Positions 8,814 through 18,708 of a DNA stretch of 64,000 bases are shown here, one piece after another (position 1 is the stretch's first letter; each line of letters opens with the position of its first letter). Both the position numbers and the translations under genes were made by a program. The notes below the pieces were generated by a model that saw only the letters and a list, made by a program, of their open reading frames with translations, ran no database searches and had not been told where the DNA came from. Source of the DNA: Flavobacterium sp. GTDB lineage: Bacteria; Bacteroidota; Bacteroidia; Flavobacteriales; Flavobacteriaceae. Location: positions 27,760-91,759 of the forward strand of contig NZ_SEBS01000015.1 of assembly GCF_004211145.1 (NCBI RefSeq). The letters run 5' to 3'.

Positions 8814-10457
8814 TTGACCTCTCCATATTCTTATTCGGCCGGACCGTCGGATATTCCGTTGCTCGGACAAACCATCGGGCAAAATCTCAAAGAAATCGCC
8901 TCGAAGTTTCCCAACCACGAAGTACTTGTTTCGAATTCCCATTCGTATCGCGCGACATATTCGGAATTTCTGGAGCAGACTTCGATCCTCGCAAAAAGCC
9001 TGTTGCAAAAGGGAATGGGCAAGGGCGACCGCGTCGGGATTTGGGCACCGAACCGTCCCGAATGGGTTTTGTTGCAATATGCGACGGCTCGCATCGGCGT
9101 GATATTGGTCAACATCAATCCGGCGTATAGGTCGAGCGAACTCGAGTTCGTGCTTAATCAGTCGGGCATTAAATTGCTCGTTTCGGCGTTGACATTCAAG
9201 ACGAGCGATTACAAGCAGATGGTCGAATCGGTTCAGGAAAACTGCGAGGAATTGCAGGAAACTTTATATCTCGACAGGGATTGGATTGATTTTTTAGCTG
9301 TAGGAGATTCGATATCCGACGAAATTTTGGAAACCTTCGAAAACTCGGTTCAATTCGATGAACCTATAAATATCCAATACACGTCAGGCACAACAGGATT
9401 CCCAAAAGGCGTTACGCTCACACACCACAATTTGCTCAACAACGGCTATTTCATCGGTGTTCGTTTGAAGTATTCCGAGAACGACCGCGTGTGCATTCCC
9501 GTTCCATTTTACCATTGTTTCGGAATGGTGATCGGGAATTTGTGTTGCACGTCACACGGCGCCTGTATCGTGATTCCGTCCGAAAGTTTCGAACCTGCGA
9601 CGGCATTGCGCACGGTCCAGCAAGAGAAATGTACGTCGCTTTACGGCGTTCCGACGATGTTCATATCTGAATTGTCGCTTCCCGATTTTGACTCATACGA
9701 CCTTTCCACTTTGAGAACGGGCGTCATGGCAGGCTCGCCTTGTCCCGTTGAAATCATGAAACAGGTACAGTCGCGCATGTTCATGAAAGATGTTTCGATT
9801 TGTTACGGAATGACCGAAACGTCGCCCGTTTCAACCCAAACCGTCATCGGGGCGCCGTTTGAGAAACAGGTCGGAACGGTCGGGACGGTCCAGGATTATC
9901 TGGAAATAAAGATCGTCGACCCGACAACGGGCGAAATCGTACCCAGGAATACGGCTGGAGAGTTGTGTACGCGCGGTTATTCGGTCATGCTAAAATACTG
10001 GAACAATCCGCAGGCGACGGCGAGCGTCCTCGATGAGGCGCGTTGGATGCATTCGGGCGATATGGCGGTGATGGACGATGATGGTTACATCAATATTTCA
10101 GGACGCATCAAAGACGTGATCATCCGCGGAGGAGAGAATATTTCCCCTCGCGAGATAGAAGAATTCTTTTACGGACACGAATCGATCGAAGACATTCAAG
10201 TGATCGGCGTTCCTGATGAAAAACTCGGCGAAGTCGTCATGGCGTGGATAAAATTAAAATCCGGCAATAATTTGACCAAGGATGAACTAAAATCCTATTG
10301 CAAGGATCGCATCGCACATTATAAAGTGCCAAAATATTGGAAATTTGTCGAGAGTTTCCCGATTACGATCACGGGAAAAGTGCGCAAGGGAGAAATGCGT
10401 GAGATTTCGATCGCGGAACTCGCACTCGAGCATTTACTGAACATCAAAACGTCTTAA
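8814..10457 (+). CDS. AMP-dependent acyl-CoA synthetase/ligase
   Basis: AMP-binding motifs YTSGTTGFPKGV, YGMTETSP and GDM..MDDDGY..I.GRIKD. 547 aa. TTG start as listed, with no nearby in-frame ATG. Confidence 0.9.
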   Translation: MTSPYSYSAGPSDIPLLGQTIGQNLKEIASKFPNHEVLVSNSHSYRATYSEFLEQTSILAKSLLQKGMGKGDRVGIWAPNRPEWVLLQYATARIGVILVNINPAYRSSELEFVLNQSGIKLLVSALTFKTSDYKQMVESVQENCEELQETLYLDRDWIDFLAVGDSISDEILETFENSVQFDEPINIQYTSGTTGFPKGVTLTHHNLLNNGYFIGVRLKYSENDRVCIPVPFYHCFGMVIGNLCCTSHGACIVIPSESFEPATALRTVQQEKCTSLYGVPTMFISELSLPDFDSYDLSTLRTGVMAGSPCPVEIMKQVQSRMFMKDVSICYGMTETSPVSTQTVIGAPFEKQVGTVGTVQDYLEIKIVDPTTGEIVPRNTAGELCTRGYSVMLKYWNNPQATASVLDEARWMHSGDMAVMDDDGYINISGRIKDVIIRGGENISPREIEEFFYGHESIEDIQVIGVPDEKLGEVVMAWIKLKSGNNLTKDELKSYCKDRIAHYKVPKYWKFVESFPITITGKVRKGEMREISIAELALEHLLNIKTS

Positions 10458-10465
10458 AAAAGTTA

Positions 10466-10521
10466 GCCGCGAACTCGCGAATTTCAATCTGATTGCACAG
10501 ACGTATTCGCGACTTCGCGGC
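10466..10521. repeat. Inverted-repeat hairpin (GCCGCGAAnTCGCGAAT family) between convergent genes
   Basis: 10466-10482 (GCCGCGAACTCGCGAAT) pairs with 10505-10521 (ATTCGCGACTTCGCGGC). 16 of 17 positions pair; loop is 22 nt. Related copies occur at 24739-24807 and 57637-57706. Confidence 0.7.
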
Positions 10522-10549
10522 CAAAGTTCACTGCCTAAAGCATAAAAAA

Positions 10550-11947
10550 TTACTTCAAACTCCCGACCATATCCTCAGGTTTTACCCAAGCGTCAAAGTC
10601 TTCTGGGGTAACGTATCCCAAACGCACGGCTTCGTCTTTTAGCGTCGTTCCGTTTTTGTGTGCGGTCTGCGCGATCTCGGCCGATTTGTAATACCCGATT
10701 TTAGTATTCAACGCGGTTACCAACATTAGCGAATTGTCAACCAGTTCCTTGATGCGTTTGTGGTTCGGTTCGATGCCTTGCGCGCAATGTTCGTCGAACG
10801 AGACACAGGCATCGCCAAGCAAGCGCGCCGACAGCAGGAAATTCGCGGCCATGACCGGTTTGAAAACATTGAGTTCGTAATGGCCTTGCATGCCGCCGAC
10901 CGAGATCGCGACGTCGTTCCCCATGACCTGGGCGCAAACCATCGTGAGCGCTTCACATTGCGTCGGGTTTACTTTTCCGGGCATGATCGACGATCCGGGC
11001 TCGTTCTCGGGAATTAATATCTCGCCGATTCCGGAACGCGGACCTGAGGCCAACATGCGGATATCGTTCGCGATCTTGTTCAACGAAACCGCCAATTGTT
11101 TCAAAGCGCCGTGCGATTCCACGATAGCGTCGTGAGAGGCGAGGGCTTCGAATTTGTTCGGGGCCGTTACGAATGAATGACCTGTGAATTTCGCGATGTA
11201 TTCTGCGACTTTGACGTCGTAGCCGGCAGGAGTATTCAATCCTGTTCCGACTGCGGTTCCGCCAAGCGCGACTTCTGAAAGATGCGCCAATGTATTCTTG
11301 ACCGCTTTTATGCCGTAGTTCAATTGGGCGACGTAACCTGAAAGTTCCTGCCCGAGCGTAAGCGGCGTCGCGTCCATCAGGTGCGTGCGGCCGATTTTCA
11401 CGACATTCATGAATTCGGTTGATTTCGCCTGGAGCGTATCGCGTAGTTTTTCGACTCCCGGAAGCGTGACTTCGACGACCGCTTTGTAGGCCGCGATGTG
11501 CATTCCCGTTGGGAAAGTATCGTTAGACGATTGGGATTTGTTCACGTCGTCGTTGGCTTTCACGACCGCTTCACCTTCACCGATCTTGAATCCCGCGAGC
11601 ACCTGGGCGCGGTTCGCGATGACTTCGTTCACGTTCATGTTCGACTGCGTTCCTGAACCAGTCTGCCAGATGACAAGCGGGAATTCCGATTCGAGTTTGC
11701 CTGCGAGGATTTCGTCGCACACGGCTGCGATCGCATCGCGTTTCTCCACCGACAAAACGCCGAGGTCGTGATTCGCGTACGCTGCGGCTTTCTTAAGATA
11801 AGCGAAACCTTCTACGATTTCCTTCGGCATCGAGCCTGACGGACCGATCTTGAAGTTGTTGCGTGAACGTTCGGTTTGGGCGCCCCAGTATTTGTCGGCC
11901 GGGACTTTTACTTCGCCCATGGTGTCTTTTTCTATTCGGTATTCCAT
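10550..11947 (-). CDS. fumC: Class II fumarate hydratase
   Basis: 465 aa with [16 protein letters not shown] signature and [26 protein letters not shown]-terminus. Confidence 0.97.
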   Translation of the reverse strand: MEYRIEKDTMGEVKVPADKYWGAQTERSRNNFKIGPSGSMPKEIVEGFAYLKKAAAYANHDLGVLSVEKRDAIAAVCDEILAGKLESEFPLVIWQTGSGTQSNMNVNEVIANRAQVLAGFKIGEGEAVVKANDDVNKSQSSNDTFPTGMHIAAYKAVVEVTLPGVEKLRDTLQAKSTEFMNVVKIGRTHLMDATPLTLGQELSGYVAQLNYGIKAVKNTLAHLSEVALGGTAVGTGLNTPAGYDVKVAEYIAKFTGHSFVTAPNKFEALASHDAIVESHGALKQLAVSLNKIANDIRMLASGPRSGIGEILIPENEPGSSIMPGKVNPTQCEALTMVCAQVMGNDVAISVGGMQGHYELNVFKPVMAANFLLSARLLGDACVSFDEHCAQGIEPNHKRIKELVDNSLMLVTALNTKIGYYKSAEIAQTAHKNGTTLKDEAVRLGYVTPEDFDAWVKPEDMVGSLK

Positions 11948-12330
11948 TGGTTGTTTAACTGTTTAATGGTTTAACTGTTTATTTGTTGATTCGTTGATTT
12001 TATTTCGCTGCGCTCCATACTGTTCGGCTGCGCCTCGGGTGTTGATTTGATTTATTGCCTCCCGTCGATGTGGTCGTTACTAATTGGGCTTCCGATCTTC
12101 CAAACCAAAAACTTCCGAACTTCCCATAGCAGCCCCGATTGAAGCGGCAGCCTTTTGCGGCGGAAGCGCATTTTTTGCCGACGTTTGGCGGCGACCGAAG
12201 GAAGCCCGTCAAACAAGTGCAAAAAAGCGATTCTGCTCAAAAGCTACAGCGGAAAGCGGGAAATGCTGCCCAAAAAAATAGCGTCCCAAAAGTACGCATA
12301 AATGTTTTTTTATAAAAATGTATTCGCCAG

Positions 12331-12361
12331 TTGGTCGGGAAAAATACTATTGTTACATTTG
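12331..12361 (+). promoter_or_regulatory. Candidate promoter (-33 TTG / -7 TACATTTG) for small membrane protein gene
   Basis: TACATTTG at 12354-12361 matches TAnnTTTG, and TTG at 12331-12333 lies 20 nt upstream. Its position argues for the ATG at 12389 rather than 12302. Confidence 0.4.
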
Positions 12362-12388
12362 CGTATAATTCAAAAAATTCCGGAAAAC

Positions 12389-12568
12389 ATGTTTGAATTT
12401 CAACAGTACTTAGGTTTCTTAATGTTCCTGTGTATTTTCACTATCGGCTTCTGGCTTATGATATTCCTTGTCAACTTCGTATTTTACTGGGTTGCAGGAG
12501 CGAGCTGGGAACTTTGGAAAGAAAAACGCGCCGCTAGGAAAGCAAAGTCAGAACAATCGGCAATCTAG
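12389..12568 (+). CDS. Small two-helix membrane protein (hypothetical)
   Basis: MFEFQQYLGFLMFLCIFTIGFWLMIFLVNFVFYWVAGASWELWKEKRAARKAKSEQSAI has hydrophobic helices and a basic tail. It is bracketed by a candidate promoter and a clean terminator. Confidence 0.5.
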   Translation: MFEFQQYLGFLMFLCIFTIGFWLMIFLVNFVFYWVAGASWELWKEKRAARKAKSEQSAI

Positions 12569-12586
12569 AAGCTGGTTGAAGAAATT

Positions 12587-12613
12587 AAAGGGAAGTTTGC
12601 GCTTCCCTTTTTT
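12587..12613 (+). terminator. Rho-independent terminator
   Basis: AAAGGGAAG (12587-12595) pairs with CTTCCCTTT (12602-12610). Loop is TTTGCG and the T-run continues past the stem. Confidence 0.75.
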
Positions 12614-12814
12614 GTTGGCTGTAAGTGAGTGTTTGTTTGCACTTTTAAAGTTTACTACATGGTTTTTTTTTACAGTTAAGATAGTTGAGAAAGTTAAGCG
12701 CTCCTGCACAGTAAACGTATCGGTTCGGTTTTGATTTGAAAAATCATGACTATTTATAAGAAGTCAGAAGTTCAGTATTCCGCACGCCCAAAACCTTTCA
12801 ATTGAATTAATGGT

Positions 12815-12844
12815 AAAAAAAAAGCGCCGGACAAATCCAGCGCT
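12815..12844 (-). terminator. Rho-independent terminator of TonB-dependent receptor gene
   Basis: On the minus strand, AGCGCTGGA..TCCGGCGCT forms 8 of 9 bp with a 4-nt loop, followed by T9 (forward A-run 12815-12823). It lies 14 nt past the stop at 12858. Confidence 0.7.
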
Positions 12845-12857
12845 CATATTCTAACGG

Positions 12858-15329
12858 TTACCCGGGGAATTCCTCGTTTCCGCCGCCATCGTTTCCACGC
12901 GGACGTTCTTCGCGCTCCGATTTCTTCTTGTTGAAACGGTATGTGAGTGAAAATGTCACCTGACGCACTCGCCATTGCATTTCGCTGTACGACTCCAAAA
13001 CTCCCGGTAAATAGGTTTCGGTGATGCGCTTGCGTGAGTTGAAAACGTCCTGGACGTTCAACGCAGCCGTAACCTTATCCTTCAAGAAATCCTTGCTGAA
13101 ACCTAGGTTCATGCTCGGTACGCCGCGGCTTTCACCTTGGGCGTTCTTTTGCGGGCCGTTGTAGTTGAAGTTGGTCTGCCAGTCGATTTTCAATGGCAAC
13201 GTCACTTTGGACGTCAGACGCGTCGACCATGAGTACGCGGTGTTGTCGAGGTTTTCAAGGATCGTTTCGGTCGTGCCGTCTTCGTTCGTTATCGTATAGG
13301 TGTAATCGCCGACGGTCTGGTTTCGGAAGAAGTTGAAGTTACTGTTCAATTTCCACCATTTGAAAGGCGAGTAGTTGAACGTGAATTCAAACCCGAAACG
13401 GTATTCGTCGCCCAAGTTCACAGGCGTTGAAAGGATAACCGGCGTGAGCGGGCTGTCGGGCGTTACCTGCGCCAGATCTCCGGATTCGCGTCGGATGACC
13501 TGGAATGAATCTTTCGTGTGGTTCAAATACATCGAGGTGCTGAACGTGAGTTTCTTCCAGCGCTTCAAATAACCGACGTCGAACGCATCGCTGAACGACG
13601 GGTTCAAATCAGGATTTCCCTGGAAGATGTTGATATTGCTCGAATAGTTCGAGAACGGGTTGATAAAACGGCCGCGCGGGCGTGAAATGCGTCGGCTGTA
13701 GCTCAGGGAGATGTTGCTTTCCTCGGCCAATTCATACGTCAAAAAAGCGCTCGGGAAGAAATTGTTGTAGCGTTTGTTGTTGAAATCCTGGGTGAAAAGT
13801 TGGTTCACGTCGATGTTCGAATCTTCCCAACGAAGGCCGAGCAAATACGAGAATTTATTGATTTTCGAACCGTATTGGACATACAACGCATTCACTTTTT
13901 CCTTGTATTCGAGTTTGTTCGTGTAACGCGAATCCGAATCGTATACACCTGTGTCTTCATTCAAAAGTCCGACGAAATAATCAGTGAGCAAACGGTTGTA
14001 CTCGCCTTTGAAACCGGCTTCGAACTGGCTGTTTTTCCCAATCGGCAACACGTAATCGGCCTGGATCACGTTGCGGTTCTGCTCCTGGATGTTGCGCGTG
14101 CTCTCGGCTCCGTAATTGATTTCAGAAAAATCCTTGTCGTCGTTGATCGAGAACGACCCGTTCAATGTCAACTTGTGGCCTTCTTTCTTGAAGTCTTTCA
14201 CGATCGTGGTCGAATATTCGTAGTTCTCGCTGTTTCCATCCTGATCGTTGAAACGCGTGTCGACACCTGTGAAAACGCGGTTTGCGTCGTAGTTGAAGTA
14301 CTTTACGATTTCAGGATTCTCGTTCGTATTTCGGCGCAGGTTGATCGCATTCGTCCACGTCAGGCTTTTGTCGAGATACCAGTCGAACCCGAAGTTGGAG
14401 TTGTATCCTTTGCTCAATCGGTCGTTCGTGCGGCGCTCGTTTATGTAACCCGTCGTGTTGTTGTCGTCGTCGAGATAACGCGTGTCGTTCAACATGTTTC
14501 CGGGACTCAATCTGTAGTTGTAACCCGTTGTCGTGAAAACGTTTATGTCTTTCGACTTGAAGTTCAGGTTACCTGACAATCCGTAATTATCCGGATCTCC
14601 GACGGTACCGATGAATGTTCCGTTTATGCCTTGGTTTTTTCCTTTTTTCAAGATGATGTTCAGCAAACCGCCGCCACCTTCAGAATCGTAACGCGCCGAT
14701 GGATTCGTGACGACTTCGACCTTTTCGATCGCGTCGGCGGGAATGATGCGCAAGGCTTCGGTGATGTTGATCGCATTCGAAGGTTTTCCATCGATCAGGA
14801 TACGCACATTTTCGTTTCCTCGAAGGCTGATGGTTCCGTCCTGGTCGACTGAGACCGATGGAATATTGTCGAGAACGTCGCTCACGGTTCCGCCTTTTAC
14901 CATCAAATCCTGTCCGACGTTGTAAACTTTCTTGTCGAGTTTGATTTCGACCGTCGTTCTTTCGTTTCGGACGACGACTTCATTCAAAAGCTGGGAATCC
15001 TCAGACAGCTCGACGCTTCCTAGATTTGTGTTTTCAGTGATAGCTTTCCCCGTCATCACGAACGATTTGAAGGAAATGAATTCGAAACTGATATTGTATG
15101 TCCCAGCGGGAACTTCAACCGAGAATTCACCTTTCGGATCCGTGATTCCGCCTGCTACAGGTTTCGGATTGTCGGGCAACGTAAAGGTTACGGTCGCATA
15201 TTCGAGCGGTTGCTTGGTTGTCTTTTCAACGATTTTTCCCGTGACTTTGACTTTTGGACCGGCTTGCGCGAAACTGCTTAAAGAAGTTATGGAAAGCAGC
15301 AAGGCGAAAACCCATTGTAATTTTTTCAT
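12858..15329 (-). CDS. TonB-dependent outer-membrane receptor with N-terminal carboxypeptidase-regulatory-like domain
   Basis: Signal peptide MKKLQWVFALLLSITSLSSFAQ. CarbopepD_reg-like VTGKIVEKTTKQPLEYATV. Plug motifs (DVLDNIPSVSVDQDGTISLRGN) and a beta-barrel ending in ..LTYRF. Confidence 0.9.
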   Translation of the reverse strand: MKKLQWVFALLLSITSLSSFAQAGPKVKVTGKIVEKTTKQPLEYATVTFTLPDNPKPVAGGITDPKGEFSVEVPAGTYNISFEFISFKSFVMTGKAITENTNLGSVELSEDSQLLNEVVVRNERTTVEIKLDKKVYNVGQDLMVKGGTVSDVLDNIPSVSVDQDGTISLRGNENVRILIDGKPSNAINITEALRIIPADAIEKVEVVTNPSARYDSEGGGGLLNIILKKGKNQGINGTFIGTVGDPDNYGLSGNLNFKSKDINVFTTTGYNYRLSPGNMLNDTRYLDDDNNTTGYINERRTNDRLSKGYNSNFGFDWYLDKSLTWTNAINLRRNTNENPEIVKYFNYDANRVFTGVDTRFNDQDGNSENYEYSTTIVKDFKKEGHKLTLNGSFSINDDKDFSEINYGAESTRNIQEQNRNVIQADYVLPIGKNSQFEAGFKGEYNRLLTDYFVGLLNEDTGVYDSDSRYTNKLEYKEKVNALYVQYGSKINKFSYLLGLRWEDSNIDVNQLFTQDFNNKRYNNFFPSAFLTYELAEESNISLSYSRRISRPRGRFINPFSNYSSNINIFQGNPDLNPSFSDAFDVGYLKRWKKLTFSTSMYLNHTKDSFQVIRRESGDLAQVTPDSPLTPVILSTPVNLGDEYRFGFEFTFNYSPFKWWKLNSNFNFFRNQTVGDYTYTITNEDGTTETILENLDNTAYSWSTRLTSKVTLPLKIDWQTNFNYNGPQKNAQGESRGVPSMNLGFSKDFLKDKVTAALNVQDVFNSRKRITETYLPGVLESYSEMQWRVRQVTFSLTYRFNKKKSEREERPRGNDGGGNEEFPG

Positions 15330-15358
15330 GAAAGGTAAATTTATTCGGCGTTCGAGTG

Positions 15359-15366
15359 CAAAATTA
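15359..15366 (-). promoter_or_regulatory. Candidate -7 box (TAATTTTG) for TonB-dependent receptor gene
   Basis: The reverse complement of 15359-15366 is TAATTTTG, about 30 nt upstream of the ATG at 15329. No convincing -33 TTG was seen. Confidence 0.3.
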
Positions 15367-15461
15367 GACTTTGGTTTAGCGGTTGTTTCATAAAGGTTTG
15401 TTAAAAGGGCGCACTTGTTCGCGATGCGGCTTCCGGCTTTCGACTTTACAATTAGATGACG

Positions 15462-15806
15462 TCATGACCTGATAACTTCGGCCGCTTTTTCTAAAGGACG
15501 TGCGACAACCGCTTTGTCCCCTTTGACGACGATTGGTCGCTCGATGAGTATCGGATGTTTCACGAGGATGTGAATTATTTCGTCGTTTGTGAGTGTTTCG
15601 TTTTTAAACGGCTGCCATTCAGGTTCTTTGGTTCGGACGATTTCGATGGCTTTTACGCGCAGTTTCTTTAAAAGCGATTGGATCTCGCGGAATTTTGGTT
15701 TTGTCTTGAGGTATTCGACGATCTCGTACCCGACTTTTTCGTCGTCCAAAAACGCCAGACATTCGCGGGATTTCCCGCAACGCGGATTGTGATAAACTTG
15801 TATCAT
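15462..15806 (-). CDS. ArsC/Spx-family reductase-like protein
   Basis: MIQVYHNPRCGKSRECLAFL N-terminal CxxS/R motif and 114 aa size are typical of the ArsC/YffB family. Confidence 0.85.
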   Translation of the reverse strand: MIQVYHNPRCGKSRECLAFLDDEKVGYEIVEYLKTKPKFREIQSLLKKLRVKAIEIVRTKEPEWQPFKNETLTNDEIIHILVKHPILIERPIVVKGDKAVVARPLEKAAEVIRS

Positions 15807-15881
15807 AAAAATATCCCTACATGAAATCGGGAGCGCAAAATTAGATTAATTTAGTAGATATAACGAACCAAACAATTTTCA

Positions 15882-16820
15882 ATGTTTATAGAACAAGCTT
15901 ACAAAGGCGACAATACGCCGTGGAAAGTGCTTTTGACCGCCGCGCTGACAACAGGAATTTTCGTCATCAATTTCGTTTTCGTATTCTTTTTCACGACGCC
16001 CGAGGAAACGGCCCAGATGTACGAAATGATCAAGAACCTGCCCAAGAATTTTTCACTGGTCGCCAACCTGCTTCCGTTTTTATTTTTGCTCGGCTTGCTG
16101 TTCCTGATGGTTTACGTGTTGCACAAGCGCAGCATTTTATCGTTGACGACATCGCGCAAAAAAGTCGATTTCGGTCGCGTATTGATGGGGTTTTCGGTGA
16201 TCACGATCATCACTATCGCGGGATTCGCGGTTTCCTATTACATCGACAGTTCGAACATTGTGTGGAATTTCGACCCGTTTAAGTTTACGGTTCTGGTCAT
16301 CATAAGTTTGTTGCTTTTTCCTGCGCAGATCGCGTTCGAGGAATATTTGTTCCGTGGTTACTTGATGCAGCAGATCGGAATCGCTTCGAAGAGCCGAGCG
16401 TTGCCGTTTATCGTGACATCGGTTATGTTCGGGCTTTTCCACAGCGCGAATCCCGAGGTTTTCGAATTGGGCTTCGGCGTGATGGCGTTTTACATCGGAA
16501 CAGGATTCTTATTGGGTATCATGACGCTGATGGACGAAGGTCTGGAGCTCTCACTCGGCTTTCATTTGGGCAATAACCTCATGGCTGCATTGCTCATCAC
16601 TTCCGATTTTACGGCGCTCCAGACCGACGCGATGTTCCGATATACGAAAATGGAAGACAACAGCGGAATGCTTACTGAAATGATCGTGTCGATTGCGATC
16701 ACATATCCGCTAATTTTATTAATTTTAGCTAAACGCTACAAGTGGACGAACTGGCGTCAGAAACTCTTCGGAAAAGTAGCCGACTTCACGATTATCCAAC
16801 CTAAAACCGACGCAGCATGA
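15882..16820 (+). CDS. CPBP-family intramembrane glutamic endopeptidase (CAAX protease-like)
   Basis: Polytopic membrane protein with EEYLFRGYL and FGLFHSAN motifs. Confidence 0.85.
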   Translation: MFIEQAYKGDNTPWKVLLTAALTTGIFVINFVFVFFFTTPEETAQMYEMIKNLPKNFSLVANLLPFLFLLGLLFLMVYVLHKRSILSLTTSRKKVDFGRVLMGFSVITIITIAGFAVSYYIDSSNIVWNFDPFKFTVLVIISLLLFPAQIAFEEYLFRGYLMQQIGIASKSRALPFIVTSVMFGLFHSANPEVFELGFGVMAFYIGTGFLLGIMTLMDEGLELSLGFHLGNNLMAALLITSDFTALQTDAMFRYTKMEDNSGMLTEMIVSIAITYPLILLILAKRYKWTNWRQKLFGKVADFTIIQPKTDAA

Positions 16821-17866
16821 CACATATCCCGACTTACAACAACGTGCATCACCGCTTCCTTTTGAACGGTTTTCACCTCGATCGCGACGATCTGTTGCGC
16901 GTGGCCTACAGTTTTATCAAGGAAGGCGACGAATATGAAAAGCACTGCGGCTTGTTCCTGCTCGATTGGTTCGACGACAAGGACGATATCGAGATCAATA
17001 CGTCAGGAACTACGGGAACTCCCAAGATCATCAAAATCGATAAACAGGCGATGGTGAATTCGGCGTTGGCGACGGGCGATTTCTTCGATCTTTCTCCGGG
17101 AAATAAAGCGTTGCACTGTTTGCCGACGAAATATATCGCGGGAAAAATGATGTTCGTGCGCGGTTTTATCCTCGGGCTTGACATGGATTTCGTGGCACCG
17201 AGCGCAAATCCGCTTAAGAATAACGACCAGAAATACGATTTCGCGGCCATGGTTCCGCTTCAGGCCGAGAATTCGATCGCCGATTTGGGCAACATCAAGA
17301 AACTCATAATCGGAGGCGCGAAAGTAAACGCCCAGCTCGAAAAGAAACTCGAAAAGTTACCCACCGAGATTTACGAAACCTACGGAATGACTGAGACGAT
17401 CACGCATATCGCCGCCAAACGGGTAGGGGAAAGCGCCTTTACGGTTTTGCCTCATGTGACGATCTCGTATGACGACAACAATTGCCTGGTCATCCATGCG
17501 CGCAGGATTTCAGGCGATGTGATCGTCACGAATGATCTCGTCGAATTGGTCAATGAAAGCCAGTTCGTGTTCTTGGGCCGACGCGACAATATCGTGAACT
17601 CCGGCGGAATCAAATTAATCCCGGAGCAGATCGAGGCCAAGTTGTCGGAAAAGATCAAGCAACGGTTTTTCGTCGCAGGTGAACCTGATGAATCCCTTGG
17701 GGAAAAATTGGTTTTGTTTGTTGAAGGTGAGGAGTTTTCGCTGCCTGATGATTTGTTTTCAGGTTTAGGAAAATATGAAAAACCGAAGGAAGTTCGATTT
17801 GTGGCTCAATTTTCAGAAACGGGCAGTGGGAAGATTAAACGGAGGGAAACGTTTAGTGAGAAATAA
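16817..17866 (+). CDS. Short AMP-binding enzyme (o-succinylbenzoate-CoA ligase-like)
   Basis: TSGTTGTPKIIKI, YETYGMTET and GRRDNIVNSGGIKL motifs. 349 aa. Its 4-nt ATGA overlap with the upstream CPBP gene suggests an operon. The MenE assignment is tentative. Confidence 0.75.
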   Translation: MTHIPTYNNVHHRFLLNGFHLDRDDLLRVAYSFIKEGDEYEKHCGLFLLDWFDDKDDIEINTSGTTGTPKIIKIDKQAMVNSALATGDFFDLSPGNKALHCLPTKYIAGKMMFVRGFILGLDMDFVAPSANPLKNNDQKYDFAAMVPLQAENSIADLGNIKKLIIGGAKVNAQLEKKLEKLPTEIYETYGMTETITHIAAKRVGESAFTVLPHVTISYDDNNCLVIHARRISGDVIVTNDLVELVNESQFVFLGRRDNIVNSGGIKLIPEQIEAKLSEKIKQRFFVAGEPDESLGEKLVLFVEGEEFSLPDDLFSGLGKYEKPKEVRFVAQFSETGSGKIKRRETFSEK

Positions 17867-17881
17867 TATAATTTTTTCTGA

Positions 17882-18176
17882 ACAGTTGAGATAGTTTAGA
17901 AAAGTTAAGCGATTTGGGTTTACTGTTTAGGTTTTTTGGTTAAAAGAAATATGGTTTTTATTATTGTGAATGTTGAGAGCATTGAGTTCATTAAGGAAAT
18001 CTAACCTTAACAACGCAATGCTCTCAATAATTTAAACTCTTTAGCAGACAGAATTAATCTAAAATTTCAAAATTATTGATTCTACATTTTGAAATAAAAA
18101 CAACTGAACGTTTAATGCGAAAGATTGGTAACGTTAAAAGTTTCTGATCTTAACTTTTCTCAACTATCTTAATTGT
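17882..18176. repeat. Nested inverted repeats in convergent intergenic region (CAGTTGAGATAGTT..AAGTTAAG family)
   Basis: The outer arms are 17882-17911 (ACAGTTGAGATAGTTTAGAAAAGTTAAGCG) and 18149-18176 (reverse complement ACAATTAAGATAGTTGAGAAAAGTTAAG). An inner perfect 12-bp stem joins TTGAGAGCATTG (17973-17984) to CAATGCTCTCAA (18016-18027), with TTAAGG/CCTTAA inside it. A third hairpin pairs ATTTCAAAAT (18064-18073) with ATTTTGAAAT (18086-18095). Confidence 0.7.
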
Positions 18177-18214
18177 TTAAAAATTTCAGGGTAGGATCAA
18201 AACTCAATGATAAA

Positions 18215-18637
18215 TTATTTCTGCATCTTAAAATAATAATCCGCCGAATGTTTCCCGCTGCCGTAAAACAAAAAGAACAAGCAGACCAATAAACAAACCG
18301 AAGAAAACAACAAATTCCGCACACTCATTTCAGTCACGAAATTCAACAACACCGCGCAAATCAAAATAGGCAATTGCGCCCAAATCGCCCAACGCGTCAA
18401 AAGTCCAAAGATGATCATGATGCCGCCCATCATGTGCGCCGCGGCCACGTAATGGAACACGAACATGCCGCCGTCAAAATTGCTCAACTGCGCGATCACG
18501 TCGGCAGTGGCTTGGCTGTTTTTGATAAACAGAACTCCCGTAATGAACAAAAAAGCGCCCAATGCGATACGCAACGCGTCGATTGGATAACTCGTGTGCG
18601 CGTTTGCCCATTTGTTCAAGCTTTTTACTCTATCCAT
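18215..18637 (-). CDS. DoxX-family membrane protein
   Basis: 140 aa, four predicted TM helices, DoxX-like pattern (ALRIALGAFLFITG.., AAAHMMGGIMIIFGLLTRWA). Confidence 0.7.
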   Translation of the reverse strand: MDRVKSLNKWANAHTSYPIDALRIALGAFLFITGVLFIKNSQATADVIAQLSNFDGGMFVFHYVAAAHMMGGIMIIFGLLTRWAIWAQLPILICAVLLNFVTEMSVRNLLFSSVCLLVCLFFLFYGSGKHSADYYFKMQK

Positions 18638-18708
18638 AATAAAGTTGTTTAAAATTACTACTCTAATTTACAACTATTTAAAATCAGATAGGTAAAATTA
18701 GGGATAAT

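Noticed and set aside
13800-14576. 258-aa plus-strand ORF inside the TonB-dependent receptor gene; similar long antisense ORFs at 21272-22114, 21625-22380, 33987-34589, 45582-46358, 52530-53297, 58346-59017, 59280-59989 and 61117-61686
   Set aside because: Each lies antisense to or off-frame within a confidently identified conserved gene. They have R/V/F/D-rich compositions with no recognisable motifs, so they are classic shadow ORFs.
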